From a virus (Duplodnaviria > Caudoviricetes): a DNA stretch of 30,099 nucleotides. Under the pieces are notes generated by a model. It saw only the letters and a list, made by a program, of their open reading frames with translations, was not told the origin of the DNA and did no database searches. The DNA lies in IMG/VR virus record IMGVR_UViG_3300022178_001754, positions 1 to 30,099 of that record; one strand, written 5' to 3'. Every line of letters begins with the position of its first letter. Position 1 is the stretch's first letter. Below, piece after piece: positions 1 to 8,189 of the stretch. Made by a program: the position numbers and the translations under genes.

Positions 1-217
1 AGAAGTCTGGGAAGTATCTGTGCCATCTACCGTCAATAGGACTCTTATATGGTATGATGACCTCTTCGCTTGCCCACTTAATGACGTGAGGATGCTTGTC
101 TAGATAACGCATCAACGCCAATTCCCATCCAGATCGATATACAATATTCGTAGGGTCACCTAGATATTTATCTGGATTCAGTGGTTTAAACTTGCCTTTG
201 TATGTCTTGTATGCCAT
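1..217 (-). CDS. gp4: Head completion nuclease (T4 gp4-like), 3' end runs off the window
   Basis: Manual translation from ATG (CAT at 215-217): MAYKTYKGKFKPLNPDKYLGDPTNIVYRSGWELALMRYLDKHPHVIKWASEEVIIPYKSPIDGRWHRYFPDF. The KY.GDP.NI.YRS.WE, W.SEE..IPY and HRYFPDF motifs are typical of gp4. Not in the supplied ORF track. Confidence 0.93.
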   Translation of the reverse strand, partial: MAYKTYKGKFKPLNPDKYLGDPTNIVYRSGWELALMRYLDKHPHVIKWASEEVIIPYKSPIDGRWHRYFPDF

Positions 218-226
218 AATAACTCA

Positions 227-234
227 TATAAATA
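227..234 (+). promoter_or_regulatory. T4-type late promoter TATAAATA for the baseplate cluster
   Basis: Exact TATAAATA about 40 nt upstream of the ATG at 274. Confidence 0.85.
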
Positions 235-252
235 ATTGATAGTGTAACTTAA

Positions 253-260
253 TATTTATA
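253..260 (-). promoter_or_regulatory. T4-type late promoter TATAAATA (minus strand) for gp4
   Basis: TATTTATA on the plus strand is TATAAATA on the minus strand, about 36 nt upstream of the gp4 start. Confidence 0.8.
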
Positions 261-273
261 AAGGTATAAAACG

Positions 274-1848
274 ATGCCATCAGATCAGACAGGATTGAAG
301 TCAAACGATCCAAGTACAATAATCAATAAGAGAAAGAACCCGCCTTCAGGTCTGCTGAAATTTCCTGCTAATCTGGGTGTTCACTCGACATTAATGCGAT
401 TCTTTAAGTACAGCTACGGTGGTGTACGGGGATCGGAAATCACAGGTAGCGTTGATATAGTATTACCCCTTCCGAAGCAGATCCAGGACTCGTTCAAGAT
501 CAATGTGGCTGGTGATGAAATCGGAGCAATATCAGCTGGTGCAGCCCAAGTGTTAGCAGCTGGAGGAGATATGGACTCTCTTGTTGGTGATGCCGGAGCT
601 TCTACTGCAAAGTCGATTATCGATGCAGTATCCGGTGGAGGTGGTATAGGCCAGTTGGGCACTGATATGATCCAGATGGGTTTATCCAAATCAAACCCAA
701 ATATATCCAATATGATGCGTAGTGGTAAGGGTAATGCACTCAACCCATTCGCCACATTAGTATTTAAAGGCGTTGATCTTAAAGTACACTCATTGGAGTG
801 GATGTTATCCCCTGATAGTGAGCAAGAGAGTGCTACGCTGAAAGATATAATCAAAAATCTTCAGAGCATGGTTCTTCCTACGGTTGGTGGTATTGGAGCA
901 GGCGGTGATCTATCTGCCATAGAGCGTGGACTCCTGCGTTATCCACATATGGTCGATGTGTACTTTCAAGGCATTGATATGAACTATTACTTCAAGTTCA
1001 AGACATCGATGATCAGTCAGATTAGCGTTGATTACACTCCTAATGGCATTGCTATCAACAAAGGTGGTCGGCCATCAGCAATTCGATTAACTATGACGCT
1101 TCAAGAAGCTTTCATTCATACAGCAGATGACTACGAGACTGGAGAGATAGAGGTCGCAGCCTCACCAGAATCTACTGGTAGCGCATCTGGTAATTACCCA
1201 TACGTATTTGGGTCAGGCACTGGCGCAGATGGAGACGCAACATCAAGCGATGATGGTTCTATAACTAACGCATATGCTGCCGCAAATGGTGGAATCTTAT
1301 GGGGTGGCGGTGCAGCCGAAGGTAACGATTCACCAACGGATATCATAACAGTTGGAGGTGTAGCAAGTACTAGGGCGACTCTAAACTCACAAGGAATCAC
1401 CGATGATACAATCGCAAACAGTCCAGAGCTGTACTCGGTCAGTGGGGTTAATGTTGCGGATATCGTTGCCGTAAATGGAGTACCGAGAACGAGAGGAGAC
1501 CTTAACGCAGAAGGCGTTACCGACGAAACCATAGCAAATAATGAATCGAAGTATTCTGTCACATCTAAACCAGCTGGTGGTTCTGGTGGTGGTTCTGGTG
1601 GTGGCTCTCCGTGGCCCAAGTTTGCAGGAGGAACAACTTCAAATAGTCCCGATGGACAAAGTAAAGCTACTGCTACATCAAATGGTTTATTAGAAGACGA
1701 AGTGTTCGTTGTTAACGCAAGCGGTGATGGTGGATATGTGGTGTCTAGGGCGGTTTTGAACTCGAGGAATATCACAGACGAGACGATTGCTAGCAACAGT
1801 GCATTGTATATTACCGGAACAGACAGCGTATTACCGAGTGGAGCATAA
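274..1848 (+). CDS. gp48: Baseplate tail-tube cap protein (gp48-like) with a long C-terminal extension
   Basis: LKFP, I.LPLP, NPF..LVFKGVDLK.H, LRYPH, ISVDYTPNG and P.AIRLTMTL.E motifs. Lies between gp4 and gp53, as in many T4-like phages. Confidence 0.85.
   Translation: MPSDQTGLKSNDPSTIINKRKNPPSGLLKFPANLGVHSTLMRFFKYSYGGVRGSEITGSVDIVLPLPKQIQDSFKINVAGDEIGAISAGAAQVLAAGGDMDSLVGDAGASTAKSIIDAVSGGGGIGQLGTDMIQMGLSKSNPNISNMMRSGKGNALNPFATLVFKGVDLKVHSLEWMLSPDSEQESATLKDIIKNLQSMVLPTVGGIGAGGDLSAIERGLLRYPHMVDVYFQGIDMNYYFKFKTSMISQISVDYTPNGIAINKGGRPSAIRLTMTLQEAFIHTADDYETGEIEVAASPESTGSASGNYPYVFGSGTGADGDATSSDDGSITNAYAAANGGILWGGGAAEGNDSPTDIITVGGVASTRATLNSQGITDDTIANSPELYSVSGVNVADIVAVNGVPRTRGDLNAEGVTDETIANNESKYSVTSKPAGGSGGGSGGGSPWPKFAGGTTSNSPDGQSKATATSNGLLEDEVFVVNASGDGGYVVSRAVLNSRNITDETIASNSALYITGTDSVLPSGA
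1339..1818 (+). repeat. Three ~36-40 aa repeats in the gp48 C-terminal extension, with a GGSG linker
   Basis: DIITVGGVASTRATLNSQGITDDTIANSPELYSV / DIVAVNGVPRTRGDLNAEGVTDETIANNESKYSV / ...SRAVLNSRNITDETIASNSALYIT. Linker GGSGGGSGGGS at about 1576-1608. Confidence 0.85.
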
Positions 1849-1850
1849 TA

Positions 1851-2405
1851 ATGTCATACTTTAAAAACTTTCCAACTGTGATGATAAAAGGTCAAGAAGT
1901 ACTTGACATTACACGAAAGGTGAAACTATCAGCTGCACTTCGTTCGGTGAGTTTAGAGTATCTAAGCTATACGTTAGAGGATGGAGATAAGCCAGAGGAC
2001 ATCGCCAATTACTACTATGACAGCCCGGAATATGCATGGCTAGTGTTACTGTCTAACGAGATAGTCGACCCATACACTGAATGGTATAAGTCCAAATTAG
2101 AACTGGAAGCTTATATAAAGGTTCAGTACGAGTCCAAGTCTGGATTGACTGGTGACGCCGTGCTGAATTGGGCTAGGAACTCCAGTCTATCTAGTAATAT
2201 AATACATTACCGAAGTCTGTATGAGCCTGCTGTCCAGATCAATCGTGCTACCTACCAACAGTCGCCTGCTTCCGAGTTCTATGCTATGCGTGTGTATGAC
2301 TATGAGTATGAATTGAATGAGTCTAGACGAGAGATTAACCTGATCAATAAGTCGTATCTATCTCTTATTACAGATAGGTTTGTGGAGGTAATAAATGGCG
2401 AGTAA
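1851..2405 (+). CDS. gp53: Baseplate wedge subunit (gp53-like, LysM-like fold)
   Basis: YFKNFP N-terminus, Y...DGDKPE.IA..YY....Y.WLVLL.N.I.DP, and C-terminal YDYE.ELNE.RR.I.LI. Confidence 0.92.
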   Translation: MSYFKNFPTVMIKGQEVLDITRKVKLSAALRSVSLEYLSYTLEDGDKPEDIANYYYDSPEYAWLVLLSNEIVDPYTEWYKSKLELEAYIKVQYESKSGLTGDAVLNWARNSSLSSNIIHYRSLYEPAVQINRATYQQSPASEFYAMRVYDYEYELNESRREINLINKSYLSLITDRFVEVINGE

Positions 2406-3816
2406 TCAACAGCAGGCTGGCTTTTATACGCTAAAGCAGTTTAAGATCAGTCCCGTCATACAAAACGTTAATGACGTTGTTGATAAGAACTTGCCGGAAA
2501 GTACCGAATTGAATAAGGTTATTCTTAATTGGGGCATAAGCGAGAGTGTCAATAGTCCTTATGTTCACGGATATGCAGTAGTTCATGAAGGTAACAACAT
2601 ATTAGCAGATCTACCTATTATCGGCGAGGAAGAAGTTGATATCATGTATATAGATTTCTACGGTAAAACTCGCCGTGAGAGCTATTACGTATATGCTGTT
2701 GAGGAGATTCAACCTGAGAGTAGCATTAACGATAAAATCGTAAAGTACATTATTCGATTCTGTTCGAAGCAGAAGTTACATGCCGACACCACTGAGTTGC
2801 GTAGATCTTACGCAGACCAGACTATTAGTAGTATGGCAAGATCTCTATATGAAGACTACTTCTTAAGTGGCAATAGCTCTGATAAGGAAATTGATATAGA
2901 AGAGTCTGATGGGGACCAAACCCTTGTTATTCCGAATCTACGTCCTGACGAAGCAATGAACTTCCTCGCACGGCGAGCATTCTCTTCTAATAGTAAATCG
3001 TCATTGTTTAGATTCTTCGAGACTCGAGAGAAGTATTTCTTCTGTACGCATGAATACCTTATTGAAAAGTATAAGAATGATGTTTCTAATGATGCAATAT
3101 CTATAAGCAACAATTTAAAGTTCATATATAGCACCATTGACGATAACACTGGACCCGGACAGATGATTGCCCAACAGTCTATATCATCGTTAGTGTATGG
3201 TAAGAAGGTCAATACGATAAGTGACATAAAGACCGGCGCATACCGTCGACGAGTCACAGAATTGGATTACATGAATAGAACTCGTATCACCCGTGACTAT
3301 GACTATTCGGCGGAGCATGGTCAATATAAAGCAGTTGATAAGCTAAAGTTAACTCATACAAAAGCTTATATCGATACGTTCATGCAAGCAGACAATGCAC
3401 CCGAGACTGTACTCGTTGCAGATTATCCACAGATCGGTCAGGGTAAAGGAACAGACCACCAGCTTAAGCCATATCAGTATTACTATGAGAACTACACGAC
3501 AAAGCCTATCATCGATTATCACATGGAGGCGAATTCCATAGCATTTACCATCAAGGGCAGGGTTGATCTATATCCAGGAAAGCTTATTACAGTAGAGCTG
3601 TACGACTTTGCTGAAAGCCTTAGTGGTATGCGTACGCTAGATAAAGAACGAGCTGGATCGTATTTAGTACTTTCTGTCGAGAGTAGCTTTATTAATGACG
3701 AGTTTCTACAAAAATTGGTGGTATCGAAGGGCGGACTTTCTGGAACAGCAGAGAAGGCGGCTAGTACCACAACAGTCGATACAACATTTAACATGATAAG
3801 TGGGTTGATAAAATGA
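2395..3816 (+). CDS. Baseplate hub protein (gp27-like position and features)
   Basis: LPIIGEE, L.IPNLRP..A..FL..RA, FRFFET and G.YLV..V motifs. Lies between gp53 and gp5. Confidence 0.7.
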   Translation: MASNQQQAGFYTLKQFKISPVIQNVNDVVDKNLPESTELNKVILNWGISESVNSPYVHGYAVVHEGNNILADLPIIGEEEVDIMYIDFYGKTRRESYYVYAVEEIQPESSINDKIVKYIIRFCSKQKLHADTTELRRSYADQTISSMARSLYEDYFLSGNSSDKEIDIEESDGDQTLVIPNLRPDEAMNFLARRAFSSNSKSSLFRFFETREKYFFCTHEYLIEKYKNDVSNDAISISNNLKFIYSTIDDNTGPGQMIAQQSISSLVYGKKVNTISDIKTGAYRRRVTELDYMNRTRITRDYDYSAEHGQYKAVDKLKLTHTKAYIDTFMQADNAPETVLVADYPQIGQGKGTDHQLKPYQYYYENYTTKPIIDYHMEANSIAFTIKGRVDLYPGKLITVELYDFAESLSGMRTLDKERAGSYLVLSVESSFINDEFLQKLVVSKGGLSGTAEKAASTTTVDTTFNMISGLIK

Positions 3817-5357
3817 GTGGACTATTTAATAACTTAGTTTGGTTTGTAGGCGTAGTCGAAGACAGCGCTGACCTGACTAATGCAGGACGTGTTCGTGTGA
3901 GAGCATTCGGCGTACATCCTCCTAAAGGCGAAGCATTACCCACAAACCATCTACCATGGGCCACAGTACTTGATGGTACATACGGAGCGGCTCAAGTGGT
4001 TCCAAAGGTCGGTGATTGGGTATTTGGGTTCTTTGTTGATGGCAGAGAAGCACAGCATCCTATGGTTATGGGTAGAATTCCGGGCATGAACTTATCATGG
4101 CCCGCTGGATCTGGTAAGCCAGGCGAAGATAGCTATATTCCGCCTGAGAGTCTACACGAGTTTGGTGCACCTCCGCTTCATAGATACGTCAGTGGAGAAG
4201 ACTCCGAATTCGGTCAAGCCATTCTACAGAGAGCATTCCAACGCAGTGGTATAGACACAGCGGGCGATACCACGTTCGACGAACCACCTATTATGACTCC
4301 CGAGAGAAACCTCGACAACCGTGTTATTAAGTCTAAGAATGGCGATAACTTCTTAGTGCTATGTGATCCTGTAGAGAATGAGGCAGGTGACTTCATATTG
4401 CTATCACATTCGAGCGGATCTGTATTCCAGATTGATCCCAATGGTACAATATTCGTTAAGTCGTTCGGTGACACTTACAACTCAACCGAAGGCTTAGAGT
4501 TTAATAACGTACAAGGTAGTCAGCATACTAATATATCAGAAGACTGGACATTAAAGGTAGAGACTGGATCTGGTAAGGTATGGATTAATGGCGACCTCGA
4601 TATCGAATGTGAGAACTTCAATGTAACTGCTCGTGGAACGGCGAACATTCGATCTGCTATTAAGACGAATATCTCGGGTGGTAGTGTTGGCATATTTGCA
4701 TCAACTGATGATATCAACCTTGCAGCTAATAATAATATCAAGAATAAGTCTGGCAGTCTACTGAATGGTGGTGGATTTTACGTACAGAGCGATTATGGCG
4801 ACGTACATCTCGATGCATATAAGATGAATCTATATAGCTCTACATACACTAAAATTACCGCAGCAGGTATACCGGCGATCAGTACACAACTATTACCATA
4901 TCCCGATGTTACACATAAGGGCGTTGAGATAAACTCTCCAGCTGTTGTTAGCATTTCAACATTAGGCGCACTAGCACTTTCTGGTTCTACAACGTCAATC
5001 AAGGGCACTGTCGAGGCTAACCTAACCGGCGCAATCGTTGACGTTAAAGCGGATGGCCTTTTGAATCTGGAAGGTGGTGGCATAGCGAGTCTTGACGGTA
5101 CGTTAGTTAACATTGGTATGGGTACTGGCGCTGCGGCTGGCATTACCGCTTCAACTACCGCTACGACTACGATACGGGGTACACAAGTTGCATTCCCATC
5201 AGCAGCGAAGAGTGTGACCGAGGTTGCAGCAGCAGTCGATCCGGGCGAGATACCAGCTAGTCGTGCGTCAATATTTGGTGGTAGTTTCGTTGAGAGACAG
5301 AACGCACCAATGACCAGTTTTATGGGACACGATGATGATACGAATGGTCCTAGATAA
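3813..5357 (+). CDS. gp5: Baseplate hub / tail spike protein (gp5-like): OB-fold plus beta-helix, no recognisable lysozyme domain
   Basis: WFVGVVED...GRVRVRAFGVH...LPWA...G.WVFGFF.DG..AQ.P.VMG (gp5 OB domain), then HSSGS..QIDPNG and beta-helix-like repeats. Confidence 0.92.
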   Translation: MSGLFNNLVWFVGVVEDSADLTNAGRVRVRAFGVHPPKGEALPTNHLPWATVLDGTYGAAQVVPKVGDWVFGFFVDGREAQHPMVMGRIPGMNLSWPAGSGKPGEDSYIPPESLHEFGAPPLHRYVSGEDSEFGQAILQRAFQRSGIDTAGDTTFDEPPIMTPERNLDNRVIKSKNGDNFLVLCDPVENEAGDFILLSHSSGSVFQIDPNGTIFVKSFGDTYNSTEGLEFNNVQGSQHTNISEDWTLKVETGSGKVWINGDLDIECENFNVTARGTANIRSAIKTNISGGSVGIFASTDDINLAANNNIKNKSGSLLNGGGFYVQSDYGDVHLDAYKMNLYSSTYTKITAAGIPAISTQLLPYPDVTHKGVEINSPAVVSISTLGALALSGSTTSIKGTVEANLTGAIVDVKADGLLNLEGGGIASLDGTLVNIGMGTGAAAGITASTTATTTIRGTQVAFPSAAKSVTEVAAAVDPGEIPASRASIFGGSFVERQNAPMTSFMGHDDDTNGPR

Positions 5358-5358
5358 C

Positions 5359-5366
5359 AATAAATA
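5359..5366 (+). promoter_or_regulatory. Putative late promoter variant AATAAATA
   Basis: In the short intergenic gap before ORF 5400. AGGAAGGA Shine-Dalgarno-like sequence at about 5388-5395. Confidence 0.55.
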
Positions 5367-5399
5367 CACAATACGTCAATATAAATTAGGAAGGAATAT

Positions 5400-7751
5400 A
5401 TGACCTTTTGCGATTCCAGCACACCTCTATCGTCGAGATTTGATGCACAAGTCTTGCGACCAGACAGTGCTATATTCGATAAGCTCTTCGATCCGGCGGC
5501 GCTTATTGAACAAGGTAACCCCTTGGATAAGGTGGATCGACAAAGTGTCGTCAATGTCACTAATAGACTAAACGATATACTTTCTGATATGGATCTTGAT
5601 GCGTATCCAACTTTGAAGAAAAGGTTTGCGCAGCTGCCTATATCATACGTCGAGGTCGCAGACTTCGCACTAGCTGATAGCACCGACTTGGATAAAGTTT
5701 ATGCTGCCATGCGAGACTTTGATCCAACTGGCGGCACTGCCACTGGAACCGCTGGTGCTGCTACTGGAACCGCTGGTGCTGCTGTGAGTAATTCTGCGAA
5801 TGAGTCTGGGTCAGGCGGAACTGGTGGCACTAGTGTTGGTCAAACGGGAGTAGGTGGTACTGGAAGCGATGCTGTAGTGAGTGCAGCAGCATCTGGTATC
5901 GGCGCTGGCATACCAGGGACAACATCAGTAATAGATGCTAATGGAAACACACTTGACGTGACACGAGATGTGAACGATAATATAACATCTGTTGTGACGA
6001 GTGACCCGTCTGGTAATGCAATATCGTCTACAGAAGTAACTACAGATATTGATGGTAACGTGAAATCAGTAACTAAAGATTCTGAAGGTAATACCACCTC
6101 AACATCAACTCGTGATACGGCTAGTGATGGCACCGTATCCACAAAAACAACATCGTCCACAGGCACCACGTCGACCAGTAAAACCGATGCGACTGGCACG
6201 AAAACTACAGTAACTGATTCGTCGGGTACCACAACGACTACGAATACGGACACTGCTGGTAATACGACGACTACCACTACCGATGCATTAGGTGGAACGA
6301 CGACGACTACGCAGCAAACAGGAACGACTGGATCGGCAACACGGGAAAATGATGTCCTTGATGTATTAGCTGCGTTAGCTGTTCCTGTAGCTATAATAGC
6401 ATTTCTATCAAACTTCGATTTCCACCTAGACAATAACATTGGTGGATCTATAGCAGGTGGTCTGTGTGGACAGTTCGGAAACATATTCGATAAATTGTTT
6501 GGACTCTTTGATCTAATCAAATCTGGTAAAGATAAGATATCGGATATTGGTAACGATAATGAGAAAGACCCTGTAAAGAAACTTAAGTCTATAGGGTTTA
6601 GTCTAATCATTAAAGAGATGTATGCTAATATTGTCAAGATCATTAAAAAGCTTGTTAAGGAAATAAAGAAACGAGTTAAAGCTATGGTGGACTTCTCGGT
6701 GTCTATAGCAAGTAATATATACAATAAGATAAAAAAGATGGCAGAGAGTATACTAAACTTCTTCTCTGACATAAACATAGGTAAGTTTTTCCTAAGAATA
6801 GAGTCGTTTGTCGCCTCCACTGCATCACAGTTCGAAAGAATCACGGCAGAGGTCTTAGGTTTGTTGATGTTTCGTTTCTGTCAGTTCTCGGATACACTAC
6901 AAACAGTTCTTATGGGGCCAGCAACAGCACTAACAACTCTAGCTACCGCTGTTGCGACCGAGACTAGTATTGCTCAGAATACATCACTAAGACAGACAAG
7001 AGAGGCAGTGAGTGCCGGTGGAATACGAATAACGGCAGTCGATCGAGAGAAGGCAAAGGCTGAAGCGATTGCTACCAATAATGCACCACGTGCTGGTAGA
7101 GTCACCACAAAAACTGATGCTGTATTTGATCCTCAAGTTGATTGGCAGACACCACGTGGAGCCACTTTAGCTGAAAATGCTGCGATTAGCACACTGACCG
7201 AAGATGGTATAACCAACAAGTTTTCATTCTCGGCGAGTCTTAAGAGCGATGTTGGAAATTGGCAGAAAGTACAATCAGATGTGTGGGTTCGACTATTGAG
7301 AATCAGTGAACAGACGGGCAAACAGTACGTTGTTAACTCTGGATTTCGAGACAAAGCGCATAACATCGCAGTTGGTGGATCTTCGGACTCGATCCATATG
7401 AGTGGCTATGCGATCGATGTTATCGTATCGTCTGCGGACAGAGAGGACTTCTTCCTAGCAGCAGAACGAGCGGGATTCACTGGTATTGGTATATACAACA
7501 CATTCATTCACCTTGATTGTGGTGCGAGAAGGATGTGGGTAGCAGGACATGGATCTGAGAGTGGCTCTAGCTATGCGCTGACAGGTTCCACTAAGAATAA
7601 GTGGGTTAATGCTATACCAAAGCACAATAGAGACGAATATAGAAAGAACTCTGGTATACCAGTTGAACAGTTGGCTAGGCAGAACTCTCTTGAGACTAAG
7701 CGAGCTATTGCAGCAGAAGCTGCTACTCAACACACAAAACGCCGTGGCTAA
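5400..7751 (+). CDS. Large virion-associated protein with Thr/Ser-rich repeats and a C-terminal peptidase M15A (Zn DD-peptidase/Hedgehog fold) domain
   Basis: NSGFR...HN..VGG...S.HMSG.AID and GFTGIGIY.TFIHLD motifs at about 7330-7520. TD..GN.T.T repeats at about 5920-6340. Confidence 0.85.
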   Translation: MTFCDSSTPLSSRFDAQVLRPDSAIFDKLFDPAALIEQGNPLDKVDRQSVVNVTNRLNDILSDMDLDAYPTLKKRFAQLPISYVEVADFALADSTDLDKVYAAMRDFDPTGGTATGTAGAATGTAGAAVSNSANESGSGGTGGTSVGQTGVGGTGSDAVVSAAASGIGAGIPGTTSVIDANGNTLDVTRDVNDNITSVVTSDPSGNAISSTEVTTDIDGNVKSVTKDSEGNTTSTSTRDTASDGTVSTKTTSSTGTTSTSKTDATGTKTTVTDSSGTTTTTNTDTAGNTTTTTTDALGGTTTTTQQTGTTGSATRENDVLDVLAALAVPVAIIAFLSNFDFHLDNNIGGSIAGGLCGQFGNIFDKLFGLFDLIKSGKDKISDIGNDNEKDPVKKLKSIGFSLIIKEMYANIVKIIKKLVKEIKKRVKAMVDFSVSIASNIYNKIKKMAESILNFFSDINIGKFFLRIESFVASTASQFERITAEVLGLLMFRFCQFSDTLQTVLMGPATALTTLATAVATETSIAQNTSLRQTREAVSAGGIRITAVDREKAKAEAIATNNAPRAGRVTTKTDAVFDPQVDWQTPRGATLAENAAISTLTEDGITNKFSFSASLKSDVGNWQKVQSDVWVRLLRISEQTGKQYVVNSGFRDKAHNIAVGGSSDSIHMSGYAIDVIVSSADREDFFLAAERAGFTGIGIYNTFIHLDCGARRMWVAGHGSESGSSYALTGSTKNKWVNAIPKHNRDEYRKNSGIPVEQLARQNSLETKRAIAAEAATQHTKRRG
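5739..5780 (+). repeat. 21-bp tandem duplication (ATGTAGA x2)
   Basis: gccactggaaccgctggtgct / gctactggaaccgctggtgct, 1 mismatch. Confidence 0.9.
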
Positions 7752-7753
7752 CG

Positions 7754-7761
7754 CATAAATA
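7754..7761 (+). promoter_or_regulatory. Putative late promoter variant CATAAATA
   Basis: Directly after the stop of ORF 5400 and 17 nt before the gp25 ATG. AAGGA Shine-Dalgarno follows. Confidence 0.65.
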
Positions 7762-7778
7762 CAAGAAAAGGAAATACA

Positions 7779-8189
7779 ATGGCAGGTCTAACACCAAGAA
7801 CACGAGCACGAGAATTGTATTCCGATTTCTCTAAGAATCTGGATCAAGTACCCGGACGCAATGATCTATCTAGGAAGATCAACGAGAATGCGGTGAAAGA
7901 GTCTATTAAGAACATCGTCCTCACGAATAAGGGCGAGAGGCTGTTTCAACCAAGCATAGGGTGTAATATTTCGGCATCATTATTCGAAAATCTGGATGCT
8001 AATACGATTCTTATTCTAAAGGATAACATTAAAACTGCTATCCGTACGTATGAACCACGTTGCGATCTAAAAGACGTAGAGATTATAGCAGACTTAGACA
8101 CTAATAATTTGCAAGCGACTGTTCTGTTTAGCGTACTAAATACAAGTACGACCTCATCTATAACACTCGATCTTGTCAGGGAAAGATAA
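7779..8189 (+). CDS. gp25: Baseplate wedge / sheath initiator (gp25-like)
   Basis: YSDF, NE.AVKESIKNIVLT.KGERLFQP.IG and I..YEPR motifs. Confidence 0.95.
   Translation: MAGLTPRTRARELYSDFSKNLDQVPGRNDLSRKINENAVKESIKNIVLTNKGERLFQPSIGCNISASLFENLDANTILILKDNIKTAIRTYEPRCDLKDVEIIADLDTNNLQATVLFSVLNTSTTSSITLDLVRER

Noticed and set aside
4793-6844. Long minus-strand ORFs (296 aa and 334 aa)
   Set aside because: Antisense shadows of well-supported plus-strand genes in low-complexity regions. No recognisable motifs or promoter support.
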